From IMG/VR virus record IMGVR_UViG_3300018080_000107: 64,000 nucleotides of DNA; one strand, 5' to 3'. How positions within the stretch are numbered: position 1 is the stretch's first letter; each line of letters starts with the position of its first letter. Source of the stretch: a virus. Both the position numbers and the translations under genes were made by a program. Below, piece after piece: positions 35,243-44,746 of the stretch. Under the pieces are notes generated by a model. It saw nothing but the letters and a program-made list of their open reading frames with translations, searched no databases and had not been told where the DNA came from.

Positions 35243-35704
35243 TTGAGGACAATAAGGCTAACAAAAAACAAGAAGGCAAAAGTTGATGACGAAGATTATG
35301 AATGGTTGTCGCAATATAAATGGTATGCCTGTGAAATGCGCAATAAGTGGTATGCGGTAAGAAAAGTAAATCGAAAAAACGTGTACATGCACAGATTTAT
35401 TATTTCTCCTGATATCAGGTTGCAGATAGATCATATTGATGGAGATGGACTTAATAATACACGAGAGAATTTGCGAGTTTGTACTTCCACTGAAAACGCT
35501 AGGAATCGTAGAAAAATTAATGGGGGTTCATCTCAGTATAAAGGCGTCCATTGGCATAAAAGGCAATGCCAGTGGATAGCTAGAATTACAATTGACAGAA
35601 AACAAATTCAAATAGGCAGTTTTAATTCAGAAATTGAAGCTGCTAAGGCATATGATGACAAGGCCAGATATTATTTTGGTGAGTTTGCCAAATTAAATTT
35701 TTGA
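35243..35704 (+). CDS. HNH-AP2 homing endonuclease
   Basis: MHRFI...IDHIDGDGLNNTRENLR...YKGV...W.A.I...EAAKAYD. Confidence 0.9.
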   Translation: MRTIRLTKNKKAKVDDEDYEWLSQYKWYACEMRNKWYAVRKVNRKNVYMHRFIISPDIRLQIDHIDGDGLNNTRENLRVCTSTENARNRRKINGGSSQYKGVHWHKRQCQWIARITIDRKQIQIGSFNSEIEAAKAYDDKARYYFGEFAKLNF

Positions 35705-35746
35705 ATCACCTTGTTTTTAAGGCTACTTGTGAGGAGGTAATAATAC

Positions 35747-36331
35747 TTGAAGCTACATACTATTGAGGATTTAAAACCAGTTGATTTTTATATTCAACAC
35801 TTTGCCAATGCGAACAGGAAAACTTATAGAGACAAACAACGATGTGCTGATTCCTGCGACTTAAGGCAAGAGGCAGTATTAAATATTATTAAGGCATATC
35901 CATCTTTGAAAAAGAAACTGGAAGATGGTGCCAAGATTAATATTTTTGCTTATCTTTGGCACGTGGTTAATAACAGGCTAACGACTTATAAACTTGAAAA
36001 TGGATTTGTTGTAGTTCCTAAGAATTATAAAGTTTACAAAGAACATAGGGAGGACTTTAATACTGTGCTAAGTACAACTGTTGATGTTTACCAGGCGGAA
36101 CAATTTTTGCAGAGTGCAAGTGGTGTCACTGATTTTACAGAAGACGTGGACTTGCGACTTGATGTAGAGACTTTTGCAGAAAAGAATGATCCACTTGGAG
36201 TTATTAATCTTAAGTTGCAAGGTTATAATTTAAGAGAAATCTCCGCCATGCTTGACGTTGATTATCGACAGTTAATAACTTATAATGATAGATTGCGAGA
36301 AAGGCTATCTGCTTTTTTGGTACAACAATAG
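35747..36331 (+). CDS. phage ECF-like RNA polymerase sigma factor
   Basis: Region 2-like DLRQEAVLNIIKAY...FAYLWHVVNN; region 4-like GYNLREISAMLDV; class I promoter at 35709. Confidence 0.7.
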   Translation: MKLHTIEDLKPVDFYIQHFANANRKTYRDKQRCADSCDLRQEAVLNIIKAYPSLKKKLEDGAKINIFAYLWHVVNNRLTTYKLENGFVVVPKNYKVYKEHREDFNTVLSTTVDVYQAEQFLQSASGVTDFTEDVDLRLDVETFAEKNDPLGVINLKLQGYNLREISAMLDVDYRQLITYNDRLRERLSAFLVQQ

Positions 36332-36605
36332 ACAAAGTTACGAGACAAGTTATTTGACAAAGTGCATTTTTTAGAACAAAGTCCTTAAAGTAAGGACAAA
36401 CTTAGAACAAACGGAGGAAATTATTATGGCTAAGAAAGTTGGCGGCAGGAAAAGTAATAAAGGATATCGCCCACAGAAGCCCTGTCCGACATGTGGAGAG
36501 ATGATGGAAATCGTGGTTGTGTATCCTAAAAAGCAAACAAAGTGGAAGTGCGACAAGTGCAACGTTTACTTTGCCAAGAAAAGAAATGACCATAAGGGAG
36601 CATAA

Positions 36606-36899
36606 ATGTTTACTGAAGAAGAACTTACCGTATTAGACGTTGTTGCTGACGTATATCCAAAAGACGGAACGCTTCTTGTAATGGACAAGATTTTTGATAG
36701 TTCATATAGGGCTACTAAGGCAACAATAGGTCGTGTGCTTCGTAATATTTTAAGCGAAGTGCCGCAAGATGTTGCACAGTTTATACTTAACGCAACTCCT
36801 GAAGAACGGGCAATGACAGTAATAGCTGACGACTTGCTGACATATGCTTATAAGATTCCGAAGGGTGTTGACCCACTTCGACCTTCACAAGTTATTTAA
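36606..36899 (+). CDS. hypothetical protein
   Basis: GGAG RBS. Confidence 0.65.
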   Translation: MFTEEELTVLDVVADVYPKDGTLLVMDKIFDSSYRATKATIGRVLRNILSEVPQDVAQFILNATPEERAMTVIADDLLTYAYKIPKGVDPLRPSQVI

Positions 36900-36914
36900 T
36901 AAAAGGTATTTACA

Positions 36915-37334
36915 ATGACGACCAAAACTATTATTCACACAAAAGAAGAAGTTGATAATATGCTTCCGCTCATTCGGCAAATTGCTGAAGACATTCAGGA
37001 AATGTGGAAAACTATTATTAAACAGCGTTCAGAACTTGCTGAAAAAGAACAAGACCCTGTTCGCTATGCTGACGACATCGACCCACTGAAGACTGAACTT
37101 AATGGCAGTATTGATAAAATCAATCAGTATATTAAGGAAGTTGAATCCCTTGGCGCTTTTGTCGAGGAGTTTAAAAGAGGTATTATTAACTTTCCGTCAC
37201 TGGTTTACGGACGCAAGGTTTTTATTTGCATCCAGCCTACCAAGGAAACATCAGCAGAGTTCTTTCATGAACTTGATGAAACATTTGCAGACCGTGTAGG
37301 ACTTCCGCCGAAAGAACGAAGGCTTGTCAGGTAG
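36915..37334 (+). CDS. DUF2203-like protein
   Basis: EVDNMLPLI...GIINFPS...GRKVFIC...FFHELD...FADR. Confidence 0.7.
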   Translation: MTTKTIIHTKEEVDNMLPLIRQIAEDIQEMWKTIIKQRSELAEKEQDPVRYADDIDPLKTELNGSIDKINQYIKEVESLGAFVEEFKRGIINFPSLVYGRKVFICIQPTKETSAEFFHELDETFADRVGLPPKERRLVR

Positions 37335-37339
37335 TATTA

Positions 37340-37543
37340 ATGGATATTGAACATAGTAACTTATCAGGTATATCTGAATGTGATGAGTGTGGGAAGAAGG
37401 CTTATGACCTTTGGGAAATAGCACCAAGGTTTACAGCAGAAAATTGTACATTCCCAAATATGTGTCCACCTAATTCTATTTGGCTTTGTGACGACTGTAT
37501 TAAAGAGTTGACACTGGAGCTTATAGATTTGGACATTAACTAA
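37340..37543 (+). CDS. hypothetical zinc-binding protein
   Basis: CDEC...LCDDC. Confidence 0.55.
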   Translation: MDIEHSNLSGISECDECGKKAYDLWEIAPRFTAENCTFPNMCPPNSIWLCDDCIKELTLELIDLDIN

Positions 37544-37626
37544 TTTTAATATTCCTGACCTTGTTTTCGAGGCTACTATTGAAGGCGTTACTTTTCATTC
37601 TTATTTCTTTTTAAAAGGAGGCTAAC

Positions 37627-38601
37627 ATGCCTGCAAATCTTGAAACCATGTTTTATAATGTGGAAAACGGCGTACCCTGGCATCGTTCAGGTCGGGCAGT
37701 TGAGGGAGTTTTGACAGCGGAAGAGGCTATTGTTGCTGCGGAACTCGATTGGGAAGTCGAGAAGCATCCGATTTTCCTGGAAGACGGCACTCGCATTGAC
37801 GGAAAGTTTGCAACGGTGCGAAGTAAGGACAACCAGCCACTTGGTGTTGTTGGTTCACGCTACACACCTATCCAGAATCAAGAAGCATTTGATTTTCTCG
37901 ATGCTCTTGTTGGTACTGGTGAGGCCAAGTATGAAACGGCTGGTTCACTGGATGACGGTCGGAAGATTTGGCTTCTGGCCCGTGTTCCTGGCAATATTGA
38001 ACCTGTTGCTGGTGACGTAATTGAGCGTTATATCTGTCTTTATAACTCTCACAATGGGGTTTCTGGTCTTGGCGGCCTATTTACTCCTACTCGTGTTGTC
38101 TGTCAGAATACGCTTAATATGGCTATTGGACGGGCCAAGGCGGTCTATAAGATTCGCCACACGCAGAATTATGCCTCCAAGATGGATGAGGCACGTGAGG
38201 TTCTTGGCTTTGCCGTGAACTATTACGAACGCTTTGGTGAGGCTATGAAGACTCTCGCCGGTAAGCAGGTAAGTGTTGACGAGACAAGGGTTTTCGTCGA
38301 TACTCTTATCCCTAAGCCTGATACAAAGCAGGATGGGCGCGTCGAAAACTGGAGAGAGCGTCAGAATACGCTTCTTCGGCTTGTCGAGGCTGGTAAGGGC
38401 ACCGATATCCGTGGTGTCCGTGGAACGGCTTACGGGCTGTTTAACGCCGCTACAGAGTATGCTGACCATTACATTAAGCTTAATGGTAAGAAGCTTACTC
38501 CAGAGCAGCAGCTTGCAAAGAGGGCAGATAGCATTCTCTTTGACGGCAAGATTAAGAAGTTTAAGGAGCAGGCAACTAAGCTGGTTCTTGAGCTTGTGTA
38601 A
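37627..38601 (+). CDS. DUF932 / TIGR03299 phage-plasmid protein
   Basis: PWH.G...YTPIQN...ETAGSL..GR...NSHNG...RVVCQNTL...IRHT. Confidence 0.85.
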   Translation: MPANLETMFYNVENGVPWHRSGRAVEGVLTAEEAIVAAELDWEVEKHPIFLEDGTRIDGKFATVRSKDNQPLGVVGSRYTPIQNQEAFDFLDALVGTGEAKYETAGSLDDGRKIWLLARVPGNIEPVAGDVIERYICLYNSHNGVSGLGGLFTPTRVVCQNTLNMAIGRAKAVYKIRHTQNYASKMDEAREVLGFAVNYYERFGEAMKTLAGKQVSVDETRVFVDTLIPKPDTKQDGRVENWRERQNTLLRLVEAGKGTDIRGVRGTAYGLFNAATEYADHYIKLNGKKLTPEQQLAKRADSILFDGKIKKFKEQATKLVLELV

Positions 38602-38615
38602 GTAGAATTGTCTTA

Positions 38616-38636
38616 AGGGGGGCACAGTGCCCCCCT
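38616..38636 (+). terminator. terminator hairpin
   Basis: GGGGGCAC/GTGCCCCC. Confidence 0.6.
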
Positions 38637-38696
38637 ATCGCTTATATTGCGAAAAGACGTATTAAATATTAACAGAGCAGCATCAAAGGAGAGCTT

Positions 38697-39371
38697 ATGG
38701 ATTACAAAGTGTGCTTATTTTATGGTGATGATATAATAAGAGATGTTGCAAAATCTTTTTCTCACCATGAAGAGGCACTAAGATGGGTTGTCCTTAAGCG
38801 TATCAAACTCCCAACTCTTTTTGGTGCAATCATTTACAAACGTAAGAAGTACCTTGAACACTTTTTAACTAATAAAGGCTGGAAAATTTTTGCCTTCATG
38901 AAGGAGATAGAGCAGTGCATTATCACCATCGAAGGTGTTCCGCCTCTTATAGCCTATCTGGACGACTCTAAGCGCACCGAGAGAGAGCTTATGTTCACAG
39001 ATATGCTTGGATGTCAATTGACCTCACAGAAGCTTGTACTGGCTTATACGGGCGCTCTGCGTAGACGTGGTATATTTGCTGTGCTGCTTCATGAAATAGG
39101 CCATGCTGTGTTTGAATATAAAACAAACATGAGCTATGAATCATTTCCTATGAGGCATGAGCTTGAAGCCTGGCAATTTGCTATCAGGAATTGTGATAAG
39201 GTCGATGTTAGGCCAGATTATATGCGCCGATTGGCAAAAGAGTGTTTAAATACATATATCGAAGAACACACCAGAAAAGGCCATTTATTCGGATGCGGAA
39301 TGCCCCGTAAGAGATGGTGGAAGCTATATCGTAAACTCACTAAGGGCAGACACGAATTGTCCTTAGATTAA
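38697..39371 (+). CDS. putative metallopeptidase
   Basis: LLHEIGHA...ELEAW. Confidence 0.6.
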   Translation: MDYKVCLFYGDDIIRDVAKSFSHHEEALRWVVLKRIKLPTLFGAIIYKRKKYLEHFLTNKGWKIFAFMKEIEQCIITIEGVPPLIAYLDDSKRTERELMFTDMLGCQLTSQKLVLAYTGALRRRGIFAVLLHEIGHAVFEYKTNMSYESFPMRHELEAWQFAIRNCDKVDVRPDYMRRLAKECLNTYIEEHTRKGHLFGCGMPRKRWWKLYRKLTKGRHELSLD

Positions 39372-39388
39372 AAAGTGCGAAAAAGTTC

Positions 39389-39415
39389 GTAATAATCCCA
39401 CAAATTTAACGTCTA
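39389..39415 (+). promoter_or_regulatory. class II promoter GTAAT-N16-CGTCTA
   Basis: One of 7 copies. Confidence 0.7.
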
Positions 39416-39469
39416 ATATAGTGGACGTTCGTACTTTTATTATCACAGTTATTTTAGGAGGAAGTAGTA

Positions 39470-39832
39470 ATGGCAAAGCGTAAGTGTAAGAAGCACCCTA
39501 AGTACCAGGGTCTACGTCGGCCACGTGCTAAGGATGAGAATGGTGAGCTATGCGCTGATTGTGTAGCCATCTTTGAAGAGGCTCGTGCGGCAGGTCTGAA
39601 GGAGACACGTGCGCCTCGTCAACGTAAGGAGAAGCCTGAAGAGGTTGAGACTCCTGTTGTGGCAGAGGCGGCTGTAGAGGAGGTTGTAGAGCCCGAAGTA
39701 GAGGCTCCAGAACCAGAGGTTGAGGAAGAGGAAGAGTCTTGTGATGAGTGTCCTGATGACGATGACCTGGATGGTCTTCTTGAGGATACTGATTGGGACT
39801 TCGACGACGACGATGAGGATGAGGAGATTTAA
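39470..39832 (+). CDS. protein with basic N-terminus and highly acidic C-terminus
   Basis: CKKHPKY...CADC then long E/D tract. Confidence 0.7.
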   Translation: MAKRKCKKHPKYQGLRRPRAKDENGELCADCVAIFEEARAAGLKETRAPRQRKEKPEEVETPVVAEAAVEEVVEPEVEAPEPEVEEEEESCDECPDDDDLDGLLEDTDWDFDDDDEDEEI

Positions 39833-40051
39833 TTGATACAGCATATTACTCTTGATTATTGGGCAGATTTTATCTTTGTATTTGGTTCGCTATTTGCCAT
39901 TGTGGCATCGATAGCATTCTTTGTCGTTCTATGTAAGATTGCTAGCAATACCAAGGTGCTCAACCGAACACTGCACGATATTCGTATTGCTCAGTCTGCA
40001 TTTGGCAAAAGATTAAAGAAAGTAGAGGATAATCCGTGGCTAAAAAAGTAA
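39833..40051 (+). CDS. small membrane protein
   Basis: One TM. Confidence 0.5.
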   Translation: MIQHITLDYWADFIFVFGSLFAIVASIAFFVVLCKIASNTKVLNRTLHDIRIAQSAFGKRLKKVEDNPWLKK

Positions 40052-40236
40052 GTGGCAAACTGCATAACGCTGTTCAATGTCCAAATTGCGAAGAGGTATT
40101 GGTATCTCTACATCGCCATGATTTCAGACAATGTTCTTGTGGCGACTTGGCAATAGATGGCGGCAGTGATTATTGTAGGATTGTAGCCAAACCCAATTTG
40201 CAATTCAAGAGTTTAAAGGTTCGACTTTCACAGTAG
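40036..40236 (+). CDS. small Cys-rich phage protein
   Basis: NAVQCPNC...S.HRHDF..CSCG...IDGG. Confidence 0.7.
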   Translation: MAKKVSGKLHNAVQCPNCEEVLVSLHRHDFRQCSCGDLAIDGGSDYCRIVAKPNLQFKSLKVRLSQ

Positions 40237-40302
40237 TTCTGGTCGTCATATATGCCACCTTCATCTCGTGGTGGGGGTGGCATTTGTTTTATCAGGAGAA
40301 TT

Positions 40303-40522
40303 TATGGCCAAAGATAGGCTCGTCATAGTAATTTCAATTTATATGTTGAATAACCCAGAGGCTTACAAGAAGACAGACCCTTGGCGTGCCTACATACTAA
40401 GAATACGTGAAAGACTTGATAAGAAAATTTACTACCTGAAGAAGCATAAGACTGCTTTAGGAGTTTCAAACAGTTCAGTGGAGGTATGGCAACGTGGAAA
40501 ATCCACAGATGTTTCAAAGTGA
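40303..40522 (+). CDS. hypothetical protein
   Basis: Start reassigned to MAKDR after AGGAG. Confidence 0.5.
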
Positions 40523-40874
40523 AGTTATAATTCGTTTACCAAGACACACAATAATGTCGTTGCAAAACATTCTTCATATGTTGATTCGACAAGGGAAAGA
40601 TAAGTTTGACTATGATTCTGGTCTTGTATTTGGCCCTTTGGTGGATGATCCGAATATCCTAAAGAAATTACAGGACGAAACATATGTAGACGCGATGTCA
40701 TTATTCGCTTCAATTACTGCACATGCCGATGTGTTTATGACAAGCGATTTCACACTTGAATTTGGAGATGATCAACAAGGATGTGGCGGCAATTGTCAGT
40801 GTGGCTTTAGTGATAATTTTGCACCAGATGACCCATTTGGAGGAATTGACTTTGAGGGGTTTGATCTAAACTAA
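40494..40874 (+). CDS. hypothetical protein
   Basis: ORF in operon. Confidence 0.6.
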   Translation: MENPQMFQSEVIIRLPRHTIMSLQNILHMLIRQGKDKFDYDSGLVFGPLVDDPNILKKLQDETYVDAMSLFASITAHADVFMTSDFTLEFGDDQQGCGGNCQCGFSDNFAPDDPFGGIDFEGFDLN

Positions 40875-41009
40875 TGGCAAAAGAATACATCGAGACTAAG
40901 TATTTTCTTGATACCGGCAATGAGGTAATCGAAATAAGTAGAAGAATGTTTACCTTGTACAAGGCGTCAGGAAAAGTAATAAAAACTAATGGAACCAGAA
41001 TTATTGTAA

Positions 41010-41579
41010 GTGAGGAACAGAATGAGCAGGAAGGTAAAGCTTGAAGCTTGCGGCTATGTAGACTGTTTGATTTGTAGTGATAGACTGCGGTACACAAGTG
41101 AGGTTTCGTTAGTTGAAAAGTGTTCGTGTGGCAACTTGGAAATTCACAACGTGTTTAATGTATGTGACAATGCTGGTGTCTCTACTCTTTATGATAAAGG
41201 TGAAGAACATCAGTATTCAGTCAAACCAGACTACTATCATTATGTTGGCAAAAGAACAATTGTAGTTGATCTGGATAAAACCCTTGCCGAAAACGACTTT
41301 CCTTTTATTGGCAAAGAAAATGTAGACCTAATAAAACATCTTCATGCTCAGTTGTTGAAAAGCTACAAGGTGATTCTTTTTACTTGTCGTTTGAATCCAG
41401 ACATCGTAGGTGGGCAAGAAGAAGCAGATTGGCATAAGGGCAAAATTCGTGAATGGCTTGATTTGCACGGGTTACAGGAAGTAACCATTTGGGAACACAA
41501 AAAACCATACGGTGTTGTGTATTGGGATGATAAGTCTGTGAATCCAAGGGGCAATCAAGTTGTGGGGTTTCTCGAATAA
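41010..41579 (+). CDS. HAD-superfamily phosphatase-like protein with N-terminal Cys domain
   Basis: IVVDLDKTL, LFTCR, KP, YWDDK. Confidence 0.75.
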   Translation: MRNRMSRKVKLEACGYVDCLICSDRLRYTSEVSLVEKCSCGNLEIHNVFNVCDNAGVSTLYDKGEEHQYSVKPDYYHYVGKRTIVVDLDKTLAENDFPFIGKENVDLIKHLHAQLLKSYKVILFTCRLNPDIVGGQEEADWHKGKIREWLDLHGLQEVTIWEHKKPYGVVYWDDKSVNPRGNQVVGFLE

Positions 41580-42379
41580 TGCAATTTTCTAATCCTGTTC
41601 TGTATGTAGAACCAAAAATTTCAAATGAAGCAAGACATAGCGCCATTCAAAGAATTATCAATGTTTTACGGGATGATTTAGATCCAAGCAATGGTGTTAT
41701 TGAAAGCTTGCAACGTATCAATGCATTGGTTAAAGAGCGTGCAAAATATGCTAATACTGCCAATACTCATATAGGACTTCCAAGACTTGGTTTCGGCAAA
41801 TATAACTTTGAGTGGTTTTTGAACAATACAGAAATGTTTAGCAATGCAACAGCGGCGTTTCAACAAAAAGGACTTGAAGTAGATACTGTTATGCTTTATG
41901 AGGTTGCATATGGTTCACATTGTATTTTTCTTCATAGATTAATCAAAGATGAATATAAGGATGGTGTTGGTCCGCTATTTAAGCTTTATGGTGAAAAGCT
42001 ATTTTGTTCCCCCAATGTTGTGACTCCATCATGTGTCTATGGAGGATTCAATTCTAGAATGCGCGTTCTGGAGCTTATGGTAGCCCTACAGACGCTTGCT
42101 AAGAACAATACGATATTGGACCCATACAAACTTGAAGCTATGAAGGATTGCTTTATAGCGGTTTACATGAGTGGTGAGCCTGAACTAAGGCGCAGGATAG
42201 CAGATGGTTATATTCCAATCAACCGTAGTGATGATGAAATTTTCACACCCGACCAATCCATGAATGCTCGTATTGAATACGAAATGTGTATTTATCATGC
42301 ATACAAGATTATGTTGTGGCTGGATTTTTGGGCAAATGAAGGCTTTGACATTTCTGTAAGAACTGAAATCGAAAATTAA
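41579..42379 (+). CDS. hypothetical protein
   Basis: 266-aa coupled ORF. Confidence 0.7.
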   Translation: MQFSNPVLYVEPKISNEARHSAIQRIINVLRDDLDPSNGVIESLQRINALVKERAKYANTANTHIGLPRLGFGKYNFEWFLNNTEMFSNATAAFQQKGLEVDTVMLYEVAYGSHCIFLHRLIKDEYKDGVGPLFKLYGEKLFCSPNVVTPSCVYGGFNSRMRVLELMVALQTLAKNNTILDPYKLEAMKDCFIAVYMSGEPELRRRIADGYIPINRSDDEIFTPDQSMNARIEYEMCIYHAYKIMLWLDFWANEGFDISVRTEIEN

Positions 42380-42452
42380 AATTCTTTCATCGACCTTGTT
42401 TATAAGGCAAGCTATAGAGGACAATGTATTTAGATTTGTATTTGGAGGTTAT

Positions 42453-43583
42453 GTGTCTGCTATACTTGAATTAACACAAGAAATCGGTAATTTTGAATTT
42501 ACCCTGTCTATATTTAAGGCTCTACGTGCAAAGATAGAGCATACTTATGGCATTAAGAACCGCATTGGACGTTCGTTTGATGGTGGTTTCAAAGGCGTGC
42601 TTGCAGTTGGGCAGGCTGGATGTGGTAAAACCAAAACACTTAAGAGTATTTTCAATGGTTTAGAACTTAATAAAACAGATTATCATGGAAATCCTCTTGG
42701 CGTATGGGTTCCTTCTGGCATTTCAACTGGAGTAGGTCTTTTTGAGCTTTTGACTCAGAATAATAGTGCTGTCATTGTAATCGATGAACTTGATGCAAAT
42801 ACGGCACTTCACGTCAATGTTCTCAAACAAATTGCTTCTGGCGCTATTTGTCGCATGAAGCACAGAGAGATTGACCCTACCCCATTTTCTGGTGTTCTAA
42901 TCGGTGCCACCAATGGCATTCCGTTTAAGAAAAAGAACATCGATCATCTTGTTGCAATGCTTGAACGCTTCACAATTGTACATATGCGTGGAAAGTCTAA
43001 TCTTGATTATTATGTCACTGATGACAATTACAAGAAAGAGCTTCCTGATAGCGTATGGAAAACAATTGCGGATTGTCTTTTGAACAACTGCGCAGTTGAT
43101 TTGACAGAAGAGGAACATGATTTTGGACGCTCTCTTTTTGAGGAGAAGGCGCGAGAAAACCTTGATGCGTCTAAGACTCTTTATCGCCAAGCAAATGATG
43201 TCATGGATATCTTGCTGTTTCTGAAAAGATTCTGTCAGGTTGACACCGTGTTGGACGGTGGTTTAATCGAAAGTGTTGCGAAAACTCTCGTTAATAATAC
43301 TATCCATGTGAATCCATCTAAGCTTATATGCATGGACCCAGTTGAACGAAGTGTTTATGATTTCGTTGATTGTTCAGAAGATCATGCAACAAGCTTTACC
43401 AAAATTGTAGAGTTTTGTGAAAATAATGGCTTCATGGTTGATATCAGGACTATAAGAAAAATTCTTAATCGAATGGTTATTGTCCGTATTCTTAATAAGT
43501 ACAACGGAGATATTTTTACCACTCGAAGTAAGGCCAATGTAATATCGAATGTTGGCGTAATGGCCAGTGCCCTTAATGGATAA
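42453..43583 (+). CDS. P-loop (AAA+-like) ATPase with probable C-terminal winged helix
   Basis: GQAGCGKT Walker A, VIVIDE Walker B, ATN, ERF; GTG start after GGAGG; class I promoter at 42394. Confidence 0.7.
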   Translation: MSAILELTQEIGNFEFTLSIFKALRAKIEHTYGIKNRIGRSFDGGFKGVLAVGQAGCGKTKTLKSIFNGLELNKTDYHGNPLGVWVPSGISTGVGLFELLTQNNSAVIVIDELDANTALHVNVLKQIASGAICRMKHREIDPTPFSGVLIGATNGIPFKKKNIDHLVAMLERFTIVHMRGKSNLDYYVTDDNYKKELPDSVWKTIADCLLNNCAVDLTEEEHDFGRSLFEEKARENLDASKTLYRQANDVMDILLFLKRFCQVDTVLDGGLIESVAKTLVNNTIHVNPSKLICMDPVERSVYDFVDCSEDHATSFTKIVEFCENNGFMVDIRTIRKILNRMVIVRILNKYNGDIFTTRSKANVISNVGVMASALNG

Positions 43584-43596
43584 TGAAAGGAATCTA

Positions 43597-44655
43597 ATGA
43601 TTTTTGTCAAGCAAGAAGGTATAACTTTTGATGACGTGCTTTTAATGCCACAGCACTCAACTATTAAATCGAGGCAAGATGTTGACCTTGTTAGCTTGGT
43701 CACAAATGAAGATCAGTTTGAGATTCCGATTATTGCTGCAAATATGGATACTGTAACTGGTTATGAGATGGCACTTGCTATGCATGAACTTGGTGGACTT
43801 GGAATTGTCCATCGGTTTATGAGTCCAGAAGAACAAGCAGGTATTATTAGAAGTTTATATTCTGCCGGTGTTGGTTCTCCTGCTGCTGCAATTGGCGTCA
43901 ATAGCATGAAGAATGGACGGCTCAAAAAGCTTGTTGGGTCTGGAGCAGAAATCATTTGTATTGATGTTGCACATTCTGACCATACGTTGGTTTATGATAT
44001 CCTTGACGAAATCAGAAATGAATATGATCGTTTGCCTTTTAGTATTATAGTCGGCAATATTGCCACATATGGTGCTGCCACAAGGCTTTTGACAGTATAC
44101 GGAGACATGATTGGTGCCCTTAAGGTAGGCATTGGGCCTGGAAGCCTTTGTTCTACTCGAATCGTTACAGGACATGGCGTACCGCAAATCACTGCGATAG
44201 ATAGCGTCAGAAAGGCCATAGACTCTCTCAATTCTGATGTTAAGCTGATTGCTGATGGTGGCATTAGAAATTCAGGAGATATTGTAAAGGCTCTTGCTGC
44301 TGGTGCTGATTCTGTAATGATCGGTGGTCTGTTGGCGGGATGTGACGAAACACCTGGAAACATCATAACGGTCAATGAGAGGCGCTGTAAGGTCTACAGA
44401 GGCATGGCAAGCTACGATGCAATGGCAGACATCGGCAAGAATACAAAGGCTGCTGAAGGCTTCTCTGCGGTCGTCTCGTGTAAAGGTCCGGTAAAGCCTA
44501 TTGTTGAAGATTTAATAAGTGGCATTCGGTCTGGCTGTTCCTATAGTGGAGCACGTGACTTGAACCAGCTTCGTAAAAATGCCCAGTTTATTAAGGTGTC
44601 GCCTGCCACAGTTGCAGAGAATCATCCTCATTTGTTTAATAGGCTCAAAGATTAA
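43597..44655 (+). CDS. guaB: IMP dehydrogenase / GMP reductase (no CBS domain)
   Basis: TFDDVLL, ANMDTV, KVGIGPGSLCSTR (catalytic Cys), IADGGI, YRGMAS. Confidence 0.9.
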   Translation: MIFVKQEGITFDDVLLMPQHSTIKSRQDVDLVSLVTNEDQFEIPIIAANMDTVTGYEMALAMHELGGLGIVHRFMSPEEQAGIIRSLYSAGVGSPAAAIGVNSMKNGRLKKLVGSGAEIICIDVAHSDHTLVYDILDEIRNEYDRLPFSIIVGNIATYGAATRLLTVYGDMIGALKVGIGPGSLCSTRIVTGHGVPQITAIDSVRKAIDSLNSDVKLIADGGIRNSGDIVKALAAGADSVMIGGLLAGCDETPGNIITVNERRCKVYRGMASYDAMADIGKNTKAAEGFSAVVSCKGPVKPIVEDLISGIRSGCSYSGARDLNQLRKNAQFIKVSPATVAENHPHLFNRLKD

Positions 44656-44680
44656 AATTCTGTCATTTTAGAGATTTTCA

Positions 44681-44706
44681 GTAATCTTTTGGCAAATCAT
44701 CGTCTA
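44681..44706 (+). promoter_or_regulatory. class II promoter GTAAT-N15-CGTCTA
   Basis: One of 7 copies. Confidence 0.7.
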
Positions 44707-44746
44707 TTACAATAGAGCAGGCTACTTTTACAGTTGGAGATAATCT

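Noticed and set aside
35243-35704. HNH genes as intron-encoded
   Set aside because: No interrupted flanking gene or group I core motifs seen; they appear free-standing.
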